A stretch of 64,000 nt of DNA. Source: Candidatus Poribacteria bacterium (GTDB lineage: Bacteria; Poribacteria; WGA-4E; PCPOR2b). The first letter of the stretch is position 1, and each line of letters opens with the position of its first letter. The position numbers were made by a program, and so were the translations under genes. The stretch spans positions 1,920,001 to 1,984,000 of the forward strand of contig OZ242351.1 of the NCBI GenBank assembly GCA_965208675.1. Direction: 5' to 3'. Of this stretch, positions 27,095-37,453 are shown piece after piece. The notes under the pieces were generated by a model that worked only from the letters and a program-made list of their open reading frames with translations, was not told where the DNA came from and ran no database searches.

Positions 27095-30000
27095 CTATCT
27101 TTCACTTGCGAACGCGCGATAATCCTCTGTACGGAAGATTGTCCACAGTTCAGTCGACAAATCATAACGACAAACACCGGCAGAAAATGTACCGACCCAA
27201 ACGTATTTGCCATCCAGGCTAATGCTGCGAATATTGTTGTCGGATAAACCGTTGTCAATGTTGAATCCATCCCACCGCTCTTCGGCGCGGTTGTATCGGC
27301 TGAGTCCTTCGCCGGCGGTTCCAACCCAGACGTATTTTTCGCCTGCGGTGATTGTACTGATGTCGTTTCCGATGAGTCCATCTAGGACTGTTAGCGTTAC
27401 CCATCGCCCTTCCGGCGCATTGTACCGGAATACGCCTTGTCTCGTGCCGACCCACATGTTTTCGGGGTCCGACGCCAGTGCGGTAATTTCGGCATTCTTC
27501 AGATATGAAGGAATTTCAAACGTATGCGCCGGCGTCAGTCGGCGAAAATTTATTTCAAAAACTTTCAATCCGATTTCCCGTCCAAGCCAGAGTTGATTGT
27601 TTAGAAAGTCCATCGCCGTGCAGCTGATTATCCCTAAATCTTCGGGGGTGGTTTCTAAGCTTTCGGTCAATCCAGCCCCGGTTTGCACGCGAGTGTGTTC
27701 AACGATTTGAGCGTTCGTTATCAAAATCCAAGAGTCCGCTTTCCGGTCATAAATTGCGATTTGGTTGTCGCTGAGCACCCAAACCTTACCGTCTCGCTGC
27801 TGAATATGGCGCACCCACGGTAGCAGCGGGTGGATTTCCCTAGCCGCATTTGCGGCTTTATCGTAGATGATGACGCCCGCTTCCGTGCCAAGCCAGAGTT
27901 GGCCGAGGACGGGGGCGATCGTACGTACGGTCGGCATCGGCGGGAATTCGACGTTCACCGTTATGAGCGGCGACGGTACAGTCGGGTCCCCTGGTTGTGG
28001 GGTTCTCCCTTCCACTATACGCTGAATGATTGAAATCGCTTCCTCGCGTGCAACTTCTGGATGGTAATCGACGTAAACCTTGCGCGTTCGGACGGGATTA
28101 TTAGCTTGTAAAGCGGATTCAACCGCCTGTGCATTTTCAGCCACACGCCGTTGTAAATTGGCTAACTCTTCATTTTCCGCGTCATCACTTGGAAAACCTA
28201 AATTCGCAATACGCCATGAGTGCGAGATTTTGTCATATTTGGCTAAACCGAGACGTGTACCCACCCACAGATAATCGCCGTCCGTCACGACGGTTTTGAT
28301 GTTGTTACTAATCAAGTCCGAGGCATTTGATTCGATGTCTTCGAGGGCTTCCGAATAAGTTGTCCAATCGCCCTGAACCCAGTGATACCGCGCTAATCCG
28401 GCATTCGTGCCGAACCAGATTTCATCGCCGTCAATCGCGACGACCTGCACGTTGTTTGAGGGGAGCCCCTGCGCCTCGGTAAAATCACTGGACAGGTCAG
28501 TAATCTGATTGTAAAGCGTTATGCCGTCGGAGGTGCCGATCCAGTGATATTTCTCCTTTGAACCGATGCTTTTGGCGTCTGTGGCGGCGAGGCCGTCCGC
28601 CTGTGAATACGGCGTCAGGGATTCGACCTCCTTGTCGTACATGGTGACGCCGCCCGGCGTGGCGAGGAAGATGTACTTCTCTTCGACATTTATTGAGGTG
28701 ACGATGTTGTTGATCAAGCCGTCGTCGGTGGTGTAGACCGCCCACTGACTCTCATCGGGTGTGTATTTCGCCGCTCCCTGATTTGTGCCGAACCAGACGT
28801 AATCCCCATCAACCGCGACCGACCAAACAACATCATCGGGAAGCCCGTCTTTTTTTGTCAGTGTTTGCCAGGTCCCCGCCTTGGTGTCGAATCGCGAGAC
28901 ACCGCTCTGTGTGGTTATCCACAAGCTGTATCCGTCTCGCGCGAGCGCGTTTACGCGATTGTCGCAAAGCCCATCGGCAGTGGTTAGGGATGTCCACCTG
29001 TCTAAGCCCCAGTTGTATCGGCTGACACCGCCGTGTGTTCCGACCCACAGTTCGTTTTCCAACAGCAACAGACTCGACACGCAATTGTGTTGAAGTCCAT
29101 CGCGTTTTGTATAGTTGAGCCAAGTATCCGCCGTTTTATCGTACCGGCTGATTCCCCGGGGCGTGCCGAAAAAAGCGTAATCATCGTTGATGACGATGGC
29201 GCGAATATCTTTGGCGACAAGTACTTCTTCATGACCGCGCTCGCGGCTTGGGGCGTATGCCCACCACGAATCGTTGGGCTTGTTGTACCGGTAGATACCG
29301 CTATCCGTCGCAACCCAGACGTATTCATGCGACGGGTGAATATCATGAATGCGTACTGTTGAAAGCCCCGGCGCATCATCGTCCGTGAACTCCCGCGTTT
29401 GCCCGGTTGCCAAGTCGTACCGTATCAGATTTCGCCAACCGCCGCCCCAAATTTCTCTGCCGTCCATGGCGACGACATCAATACTCGCTTCGCGGCCGAT
29501 TTCCAGCTTTTGCCAGTTATCACCTGATTTATCGTCGTGTAGATAAACGCCTGTTTCAGTGGCGACACAGGTGGTACCGCCGGATCGATCTAAAGCCAGA
29601 ATAGGCATGCCTTCAAAGGCATGCGTGGTGTGCCATTTCTGCGCCGATTTTTCGTACCGAGACAGCCCGCTTCCCGTGCCGACCCAGAGGTATTGCGAAC
29701 TCGCGGCGAGGTCTGTGATTTTGTCATTGGATAACCCTAACCGACTTGAGAACGCGGTCCACTCATGCGTCGAATTGTCGTATCGGTTCAAGCCGCGTGT
29801 GGTGCCGACCCAAATCGACTTACCATCAACCCGGATTTTCGTAATTTCATCGGCAACCAACCCACTTTTCGCCGCCCGAAAATAATCCCACTTTTTATTG
29901 AATTTATCGAACCGCGAAATTCCACGGTCGCTGCCTATCCATACGTAGTTGCCCACGACATCAAGACAGGAGATAGCCCCGGCGCCCAAGCCATCTTCGT

Positions 30001-31444
30001 TAGTATAGGATTTCCACCGTTCGGTTTTTGGATTAAACCGACTTATCGCTCTCTGTGTCGCCAGCCAAACGCCATCGGTGTCCTCACCAATTGCCAGCAC
30101 ATAAGCGGAGGGAAGCGTTTTCTCTTTACGGTACGTTTTCCACCGGCCAGAAACCGAGTGAAACTGCGAAAGCCCGTGTATAGTTCCAATCCAGATGGTG
30201 TTCCCTTTGACCGCGAGAGACTTAATCTCGTTTGATGCCAATCCCATATCTTGATGGAACCACTGCATGGTTCCGAGTTTTGTATCGAAATTGAGGAGTC
30301 CGTTTCCCGTCGCCATCCAGACTCGGCCCGCCGAGATTGCCAGGGCTGCAATCTGATTCGGTATCAACTCCTGAGTTTCACGATTCTGTACGGCGTTCGA
30401 TGGGACGAAGACCTCCCAGCCGAGCGTTTTCCATGTGTCGACCTCGCGTTTGTTGAAAGCACGCATGGCGCGTTCATATTCCGAATCGGCAGCCCGCGCC
30501 TGGGCCCGCGTTGGATTCCGCGAAAATTGCCGGTTTCTTGCCCGCACAGAGGCCGCGAATTGTTGCGGCTCTTTCAGTTTGCTATAGGCTTTGTCCTCGT
30601 TGGCGAGGTCTGTGGGGTTCATAAATTTCTTGTTAACGGTGCGGACAAGCCCCGAATTCGTCGCAATATATACGCTATCGCCACTCGCTTCAATGTCCGT
30701 AATCGAATCGCCCAGAATGTCCATAATCGAATTGGGCACTATCTCTGGGCCGGGGCGCGGGACCGAGCGATTGCCGCCCCGGGTGCTCACCCAAAAGGCA
30801 CTCTGATTGGTGAAATACTCCCACTCATCATACTTAACGTTATATCTCGATAGTCCGCCGGGGGTTCCAAGCCATACGTACTTTGAATCGTGATGAATCG
30901 CTGTTACGGCCGCCGTTTTAATTCCCAAAAAATCTGTGTATGAACGCCACCGATTCTTCTTCAATTGAAACGCACTCGCCCCCTTTTCGGTGCCCACCCA
31001 GATCCAGTCGCCGCGCGCCGAAATACACCGAATCTTGTTTGCAACCAGCCCGTCCTTGACAGTATAGCTTCTCCATTCGTCTCGGTTCATGTCAAAAACC
31101 GATAGCCCGGAATCTGTGCCGAACCACACGCGCCCGGATGGTTTTCGATCGAACACCCCCTGCTTCCACTCAATGCCGATGCAATTCACTTCGTTGCTGA
31201 CAAGCCCATCCTTCGTTGTGAAAAAATCCCATGTTTTCGCATCAAAATTGTACCGGCTGACGCCGGCACCGGTTGAAAGCCACAGGTAATCACCGCCTAT
31301 CTCGACCCCGCGCACATCCTCGCCAATTAACACCTCGCCCATCTCGTCTTCATCGGACTCTGTCTCCGGCACGCCGATGGTGAACAGTACGCTCAACAAA
31401 ATCAACATTGTGCATACGCATTTGACACATTTTGAAATAGTCAT
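27095..31444 (-). CDS. Giant secreted beta-propeller repeat protein (Reg_prop-like repeats, no kinase domain)
   Basis: Signal peptide, then more than 20 repeats of GL..N.V..I..DG..LWVGT..G.SRY...W. Confidence 0.88.
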   Translation of the reverse strand: MTISKCVKCVCTMLILLSVLFTIGVPETESDEDEMGEVLIGEDVRGVEIGGDYLWLSTGAGVSRYNFDAKTWDFFTTKDGLVSNEVNCIGIEWKQGVFDRKPSGRVWFGTDSGLSVFDMNRDEWRSYTVKDGLVANKIRCISARGDWIWVGTEKGASAFQLKKNRWRSYTDFLGIKTAAVTAIHHDSKYVWLGTPGGLSRYNVKYDEWEYFTNQSAFWVSTRGGNRSVPRPGPEIVPNSIMDILGDSITDIEASGDSVYIATNSGLVRTVNKKFMNPTDLANEDKAYSKLKEPQQFAASVRARNRQFSRNPTRAQARAADSEYERAMRAFNKREVDTWKTLGWEVFVPSNAVQNRETQELIPNQIAALAISAGRVWMATGNGLLNFDTKLGTMQWFHQDMGLASNEIKSLAVKGNTIWIGTIHGLSQFHSVSGRWKTYRKEKTLPSAYVLAIGEDTDGVWLATQRAISRFNPKTERWKSYTNEDGLGAGAISCLDVVGNYVWIGSDRGISRFDKFNKKWDYFRAAKSGLVADEITKIRVDGKSIWVGTTRGLNRYDNSTHEWTAFSSRLGLSNDKITDLAASSQYLWVGTGSGLSRYEKSAQKWHTTHAFEGMPILALDRSGGTTCVATETGVYLHDDKSGDNWQKLEIGREASIDVVAMDGREIWGGGWRNLIRYDLATGQTREFTDDDAPGLSTVRIHDIHPSHEYVWVATDSGIYRYNKPNDSWWAYAPSRERGHEEVLVAKDIRAIVINDDYAFFGTPRGISRYDKTADTWLNYTKRDGLQHNCVSSLLLLENELWVGTHGGVSRYNWGLDRWTSLTTADGLCDNRVNALARDGYSLWITTQSGVSRFDTKAGTWQTLTKKDGLPDDVVWSVAVDGDYVWFGTNQGAAKYTPDESQWAVYTTDDGLINNIVTSINVEEKYIFLATPGGVTMYDKEVESLTPYSQADGLAATDAKSIGSKEKYHWIGTSDGITLYNQITDLSSDFTEAQGLPSNNVQVVAIDGDEIWFGTNAGLARYHWVQGDWTTYSEALEDIESNASDLISNNIKTVVTDGDYLWVGTRLGLAKYDKISHSWRIANLGFPSDDAENEELANLQRRVAENAQAVESALQANNPVRTRKVYVDYHPEVAREEAISIIQRIVEGRTPQPGDPTVPSPLITVNVEFPPMPTVRTIAPVLGQLWLGTEAGVIIYDKAANAAREIHPLLPWVRHIQQRDGKVWVLSDNQIAIYDRKADSWILITNAQIVEHTRVQTGAGLTESLETTPEDLGIISCTAMDFLNNQLWLGREIGLKVFEINFRRLTPAHTFEIPSYLKNAEITALASDPENMWVGTRQGVFRYNAPEGRWVTLTVLDGLIGNDISTITAGEKYVWVGTAGEGLSRYNRAEERWDGFNIDNGLSDNNIRSISLDGKYVWVGTFSAGVCRYDLSTELWTIFRTEDYRAFASER

Positions 31445-31631
31445 GAGTATCGCCTGTATTCGGTATTGGAACGTATTCGCTTATGTATAGATTAAGTTAT
31501 TTGCCGACAGCGGGAATATGCGCAAAGGTCTGTGCGGGTTTAATTGGCCAGTCCGCATCCGGATAGCCGAATTAGACCGTAAACCTATCATAGCACCATA
31601 CGCTCCGGTTTTTGACGTTTGCCGGATGCTA

Positions 31632-31648
31632 AGCAATAGTGATGCCAA
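31632..31648 (-). promoter_or_regulatory. Putative sigma54 promoter of the beta-propeller gene
   Basis: Minus strand TTGGCATCACTATTGCT fits TGGCAY-N5-TTGCW, about 190 bp upstream of the ATG. Confidence 0.65.
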
Positions 31649-32178
31649 TGTCTTTCGGCAAGCTAACCGAAGCGAAATTGAACACTGAATTTATGCGGCC
31701 GGTGTGGAAACACTAAGGGTTAGACTACGGGACGAAACTCACCGCGGAACGGCTTAGCAACAAATACAGTCGTTACATCAAATGGGGTCGTGCTACGCCC
31801 TCGCTGCAAAGATCTTTGACTCGCTCGAATCGGGCAAAGTGCAATTGAGAAATGTAGACAAGTTCCTACCGGAAACCGTCGGCGCATGTGTTGTATTAAT
31901 TAGACACACCTGTTATATTGCGGATACACCTAATTTTTGCTTAAACATCAATTTCTACAGAACAGATTCGTGAAATCTCCCGCTTTAAAATTTTGCTTTG
32001 CTACAGACTGCGGTATGGCCGGTAGTCGTCGTGGATAGTTCGCCCGGATCACGGTAACTGCGTATGAGGATACCTGAAAATGAACATCGCGCGGCATTAA
32101 ATTAGAACGGATTTAGGCGGCATTGTCAAGATAAAAGCAGGATTTACCTATAATCGTAATCGAGGGGCGCCGTGCATA

Positions 32179-35100
32179 CTACCTTCGTTTTTCGACTACG
32201 TAGTAAAGCACTGGTAGGACGAGCAGCGTCAAGAGCGTTGCGGTTATCATGCCGCCGCTGATGACGATTGCGAGCGGCTTCTGAAGTTCTGCGCCTGAAC
32301 CGTGGGCAAGTGCGAGCGGCAGCATGCCTAGCCCTGTAGTCAAGGCTGTCATCAACACTGGGCTGATGCGTTCTTCGGCGCCTTTCAACACGGCGTCGTA
32401 CAGTGAGATGCCTTCCGCACGAAGGCTGTTGATGTGCGTCACCAATATAATGCCATTTCGCACAGCGATGCCGAACAGGAGTATGAAGCCCACCATAGAT
32501 GGAATACTCAACACGCCGCCAGTGAGAAAAACGCTGATGACGCCGCCGATTAACGCGAGCGGCAGGTTCAGCATCACCAACAATGAAAGCCGCATTGAAC
32601 CCGTTGCAAGATACAACAGGATACAGATGCCGACGAGGACAAAGCCGGTTTGAACCAGAATCCGTTTTTGCGCCGCTTGTTGGCTTTCAAACTGTCCGCC
32701 GTAGGTGAGGAAATATGCTTCGGGCAGGACAACATTTTCGGTTATCTCACGTTGAACTTGAGCAATAAAGTTGCCTAAATCTCGATTTTGGACGTTGCAC
32801 TGAATCACAATCCGCCGAGATACGTTTTCTCGGTTGATGGTATTCGGCCCGAACCCGTAGCCGACATCGGCAACCTGTTTTAACTGAACGAAAGTTCCGG
32901 CAGGCGTTCTTAGTTTTAAGTCTCCGACAGATTCAATAGTGTTGACAAGCGTGGGGTCAATTCGAATCACGAGCGCGTACTGCCGTTGCCCTTGAATGAC
33001 TTGACTCACCGCTTCGCCTTTGAACGCTGTCTCTGCGAAATGCGTCACATCTTCGACGCTTAAGCCGTAGCGAGCTGCTTCACGCCGCTTGACCTTGATT
33101 TGGAGTTGCTCGACTTGCGCCTGTTGCTCCACCCACAGGTCCACCACGCCGGGAATTTCCGCGATAACGGCTCGAATCTCTTCGGCTTTCTGTCTGAGTG
33201 TGTTTAGATTTGGCCCAAACAGTTTCAACGCTACTTGTGCGTTTACACCCGACAGGAGGTGGTCAAGGCGATGCTGAATGGGTTGACCTATGGAGACGTG
33301 CACACCGGGGAAATTTTCCGCGGATAGCAAAGAACGCACTTCGGCAAGTAGTTCCTCACGTGTTTTATCACGCTCATCCGGTGGAATGAAATTCACTACG
33401 ATTTCGTGGGTATCCACGCTGTGGGCATGTTCGTCCGTTTCCGCCCGCCCGGTACGGCTGCTGACGCTTGTCACTTCTGGCAGCGTCAGGAGTCTGGATT
33501 CCATCTCACGACCGATGCGCGTGGATTCTCCCAACGAAGTTCCCGGCGGCGAGTGGACGGCTACAGAAAAGGTTGCTTCATCCATAACCGGAAGAAATTC
33601 GCGGCCCAAGCGGGGTATCGACATTATAGTCAAGGTAATCATCAACAACGCCAACGCAACAACAAGCCACCGCAGCTTCATGACGCAAGAGAGAACTGGC
33701 CGATATGCCCGTTTAATCCATCCAACCACGGGACTTTCTTTCGCAGCCGGAATTCCCGATTGCAATTCATTTTGCGAACGCTGTCTTCGGACACTTGTCA
33801 AGAGCAGGTCACTTAGTACGGGAACCACGGTTAGCGCGACGAGCAGCGATGCCGCCATTGAAATGACCACCGCCCAACCAAGTGGGCGGAACATACTACC
33901 CTCCATACCGCTCAAGTTGAACAGCGGTACGAAAACGAGGATGATGATCAGCGTCGCAAACACAATAGATGACCGAATCTCATCACTTGCGCGTGTTACG
34001 ACCTGCGTCGGTGTCTCGCCGTTTGCTTCGTCCCCGCCGCGGCGCCGGAAATGCTCCTGCAATCGGCGGTAGATGTTTTCGACGTAGACTATGGCGTCGT
34101 CAACAACCATACCAACGGCGATCGCCAAGCCAGCGAGCGTCATGATATTGAGCGTACCACCCTGCGAAATCAGGGCAATGACAGCTATGATTAGAGAGAG
34201 CGGAATGGCTGTCAGTGTAATTAAGGCGGTGCGAATGTTGAATAGAAAGATAGCCAAGATTATAACGACGAGAATTGCGCCGTCACGCAACGCATCTTTA
34301 ACAGTATCTACGGCGCGCCGTATCAGATCGGCTTGCGCATACTCGATTTTAACCTCAATGCCTTCCGGCAGCGACCTTTCCAGCGATTTTAGGACGGAAA
34401 CAACTTTGTCGTTTAGGCTTAAAGTATTGATCCCCGGTTGCTTAACCACCTTGCCCAAAACCGTCTCTTTCGCATTGCGGCTCCCTGCGCCGCGGCGTAT
34501 TTCTGGCAGTTCGCCTATCTTCACCCTCCCGATATCTTTGACCAGAATCGGCGTGCTGTGCCCCCGCACATCAATGACGACATTCTCAATGTCGGCAATT
34601 GTAGAGATACGGCCCAACCCGCGAATCATCAACTCGCGCGTATCCTTGATGAGAAATCCGCCCGCTGAATTTTCGTTGCTTTTCGCAAGGGCATCTGCAA
34701 CATCTTCCAGCGAAAGATTATAGTTTATCAACTGGGCAGGACTAACGAAGACTTGGTATTGCTTAACGTAGCCGCCGATGTTAATTACATTTGCGATACC
34801 GCCCTGGGACTGGAGTTGATAGCGGATGACCCAATCTGCGAGATCCCGCATTTCCATTTCGTCAAATTCCCCGGTTGCATCAACGACCGCGTACTCTAAA
34901 ATTTCGCCCAAAAGGGAGGAAGTCGGCAAGATAATCGGCGCATCCACGCCGTGAGGTAGATTCGGGGCAACGAGTTGAAGCCGCTCGGAGACCATTTGCC
35001 GCGCCAGAAAAATATCCATTCCCCAATCAAATTCAACGAATACCAGCGATAGGCCAACGGCGGAGGAAGACCGAACCCGCGAGACATACGGTGCACCGTT

Positions 35101-35319
35101 CATCGCACTTTCGATTGGCAACGTGACTAAGGTTTCCATCTCCTCAGGAGACCAGCCGTGCGCCTCGGTAAGAATAGTAATGCGGGGCGGATTGATGTCG
35201 GGATAGACATCAATCGGCGCCGAACGGAATACCCGAAAGCCGATGACAACTATCACAATGGTACACGCGATTGTTAGGAGTCTGTTTCTGAGCGAAATTT
35301 CCGTGATTTTCGACCACAT
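32179..35319 (-). CDS. CusA/CzcA-family heavy-metal efflux RND permease
   Basis: 1046 aa; PIDVYPD, GMVVDDAIVYVEN and PVLMTALT motifs. Confidence 0.95.
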   Translation of the reverse strand: MWSKITEISLRNRLLTIACTIVIVVIGFRVFRSAPIDVYPDINPPRITILTEAHGWSPEEMETLVTLPIESAMNGAPYVSRVRSSSAVGLSLVFVEFDWGMDIFLARQMVSERLQLVAPNLPHGVDAPIILPTSSLLGEILEYAVVDATGEFDEMEMRDLADWVIRYQLQSQGGIANVINIGGYVKQYQVFVSPAQLINYNLSLEDVADALAKSNENSAGGFLIKDTRELMIRGLGRISTIADIENVVIDVRGHSTPILVKDIGRVKIGELPEIRRGAGSRNAKETVLGKVVKQPGINTLSLNDKVVSVLKSLERSLPEGIEVKIEYAQADLIRRAVDTVKDALRDGAILVVIILAIFLFNIRTALITLTAIPLSLIIAVIALISQGGTLNIMTLAGLAIAVGMVVDDAIVYVENIYRRLQEHFRRRGGDEANGETPTQVVTRASDEIRSSIVFATLIIILVFVPLFNLSGMEGSMFRPLGWAVVISMAASLLVALTVVPVLSDLLLTSVRRQRSQNELQSGIPAAKESPVVGWIKRAYRPVLSCVMKLRWLVVALALLMITLTIMSIPRLGREFLPVMDEATFSVAVHSPPGTSLGESTRIGREMESRLLTLPEVTSVSSRTGRAETDEHAHSVDTHEIVVNFIPPDERDKTREELLAEVRSLLSAENFPGVHVSIGQPIQHRLDHLLSGVNAQVALKLFGPNLNTLRQKAEEIRAVIAEIPGVVDLWVEQQAQVEQLQIKVKRREAARYGLSVEDVTHFAETAFKGEAVSQVIQGQRQYALVIRIDPTLVNTIESVGDLKLRTPAGTFVQLKQVADVGYGFGPNTINRENVSRRIVIQCNVQNRDLGNFIAQVQREITENVVLPEAYFLTYGGQFESQQAAQKRILVQTGFVLVGICILLYLATGSMRLSLLVMLNLPLALIGGVISVFLTGGVLSIPSMVGFILLFGIAVRNGIILVTHINSLRAEGISLYDAVLKGAEERISPVLMTALTTGLGMLPLALAHGSGAELQKPLAIVISGGMITATLLTLLVLPVLYYVVEKRR

Positions 35320-35340
35320 TTATTTGCCTCCTTGGTGCAC

Positions 35341-37368
35341 CTAATGAGAGTGCCCCGCGTGCGAATGACCGCCTTCGGTAACCTTTACGTTTGCGCGTAA
35401 CAACTGGTGCTTTCCGTGAGTTACCACGCGCTCGCCCGCGGACAGACCGTCCTTTATCTCAATATACCGGTCATCGGCGGCACCTGCCGCGATTTCACGC
35501 TTCGTGTAGGTGGATCCGTGTTCGACGAAAACAAACCGGCTCCCAGCCTCTTCAATCACCGCATTCAGCGGAACGCTCAAAACCGGCGCCGCTTTTTCGA
35601 GGACGATTGTCTGTTCTGCGAACATCCCCGGTTTGAGCTGACGGGCAGGATTTTCCACCTCCGCCCAAAATTGGACGGTGCGTTTTTCGGGGTGCATTTC
35701 ATCTGAAATGTGGGAGATTTTACCGGTGAAAGCCGTACCGGGATACGCCGGTACGCGAATGCGTACCAATCTGCCCGTCTGGGAATTTTCGTGAATGACT
35801 GCGAGCGCGCTTTCATACGCCTCACCTTCAACCCAGACGATGTCGGTGTCCAGTATTGAGAAGAGTATATCACTTTTTTCAACCGTGGCGCCGAGTGTCA
35901 CGTGTTGGTTGACGATTTGCCCGGAAGCCGGTGCCTTGACGTTGAAAGTTGGTGATGGCTGACCGGTTTGCGCAATTTTTTGAATTTCGGCGGGTGTGAG
36001 TCCGGACACTCGAAGTTTTTGCCGAATTTTGTTCAAAGTGATTACAGCACTGCGTAGTTCATCTTCAATGTTAAGCATACCTTCCAATGCTTCCGAACTG
36101 GCCACGAAGGCGAGGTAAATTTCAATTAGTTCTTCGGCGGATTGTTCGTTGAACGATATTATTGAACCGGTCTCAGTCAAGGTATTGAGCAATGTTTCAC
36201 TCAAACCTGCAGCAAGTGCGCGCTGTTTGTTTGCCGCGACCTTGATAGCCGCGATTTTATACGCCGCGACTGCATCTACCAACTCCGTCCCTTCCTCACT
36301 GAGCATAGCGAATTTTTCCAGCAAGGACTCGTCATTACTCTTCACTGTCAAATCTGAGTCTAATGTTTCTAAATTTAGCAGCGAAAGGATTGGGGTTTCT
36401 CCTCCATCAAGTAGGATTTTTTCCAACTTCTGCCCGCTGAATCCGAGGATTTGGAATTGCTGCTTCGCTTCTGCCAGTTCAATTTTCCCCTTCCGGTATT
36501 CTGCCTTCTGCGCCACCAAGTCCTTTTGCGCGGAGATACGCTTTTCCGTTAGGGTTTCTGTCCTCCTGAGTGTAGCCTCTAGCAAACTGAGTTCAATGTA
36601 TGCTTTGACTAATCTGAAACGCATCTGTTCCAACACGGCGGTGGTCTTCGCTACTGCAAGAACATGTCGTTTTTCAACTGCAGTTTTGATCTGTTTCAAC
36701 TCGGATATCGATTCCAAGTAGTCAATTTGCCGAGTTTGCAATTCGCGCCGAATTTGCTTGGCGAAAACTTCCGTCAATCTCCCTAATTCATCGACCAAAG
36801 ATTTCTGTTGAGTCTCCGCTTCAATTAGGTCAATCTGCACCATCTGCAGGTCAAGGCTTTCTAATTCAACTAATACATCCCCCTTCTTTAGTGAGTCACC
36901 GAGACTAAAATGGATGCGCTTTACAATCCCGCCGATTCTTGGTGTGATAACGCTCCGCCTACCGGGGTGAGCGATTACATTGCCGGAAACCTGTACACCC
37001 TTCTGAATTGAGCGAACTTCGGCTTCGGCAGTCTTCAAACCGATATTGGCTTTCGCTTTTTCGGTGAGAGTTACCGTGTTTTCTTGGCTGTGCGCATGAT
37101 CTGCGTGTTCGCTGTGAGGGTGTCCATGCGTGTGAGTGGCATGTTCATCGTGGGAGTGGCCATGATCGTTTTCTGCATGTGAGTGATTCACTTGCTCGCC
37201 GTGCGAGTGTGCATGATTTGACGTGTTATGCGTGTGATTCCCACTTCCCTCATGGACACCTTCACCTTGCGCCCAAATGAATGTCCTAGCGGCATTAAAT
37301 GAAACCAAACATCCTGTCACGATACCAGTGATTGCCACAATTCGTGCGAGACGAGAGCTACGCAGCAT
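35341..37368 (-). CDS. RND periplasmic adaptor with His-rich N-terminus and very long helical hairpin
   Basis: Lipoyl halves (GDSLKKGDVL; KAPASGQI), LKPGMF, GLSAGERVV; lies between TolC and the RND permease. Confidence 0.9.
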   Translation of the reverse strand: MLRSSRLARIVAITGIVTGCLVSFNAARTFIWAQGEGVHEGSGNHTHNTSNHAHSHGEQVNHSHAENDHGHSHDEHATHTHGHPHSEHADHAHSQENTVTLTEKAKANIGLKTAEAEVRSIQKGVQVSGNVIAHPGRRSVITPRIGGIVKRIHFSLGDSLKKGDVLVELESLDLQMVQIDLIEAETQQKSLVDELGRLTEVFAKQIRRELQTRQIDYLESISELKQIKTAVEKRHVLAVAKTTAVLEQMRFRLVKAYIELSLLEATLRRTETLTEKRISAQKDLVAQKAEYRKGKIELAEAKQQFQILGFSGQKLEKILLDGGETPILSLLNLETLDSDLTVKSNDESLLEKFAMLSEEGTELVDAVAAYKIAAIKVAANKQRALAAGLSETLLNTLTETGSIISFNEQSAEELIEIYLAFVASSEALEGMLNIEDELRSAVITLNKIRQKLRVSGLTPAEIQKIAQTGQPSPTFNVKAPASGQIVNQHVTLGATVEKSDILFSILDTDIVWVEGEAYESALAVIHENSQTGRLVRIRVPAYPGTAFTGKISHISDEMHPEKRTVQFWAEVENPARQLKPGMFAEQTIVLEKAAPVLSVPLNAVIEEAGSRFVFVEHGSTYTKREIAAGAADDRYIEIKDGLSAGERVVTHGKHQLLRANVKVTEGGHSHAGHSH

Positions 37369-37453
37369 TTACTTTCTCCTTGTCCTTTTTGGATAAAAAA
37401 ACCTTCAATATTGGTTCACAAGATGAACGGCGGCCGGCACACTCTGTATTCTG

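Noticed and set aside
31650-32178. Long intergenic region as a possible ncRNA or riboswitch
   Set aside because: No recognisable conserved RNA motif by eye; more likely an enhancer region for the sigma54-like promoter. An Rfam scan would be needed
33290-34723. Long plus-strand ORFs opposite the RND permease
   Set aside because: Antisense shadows of a strongly supported gene
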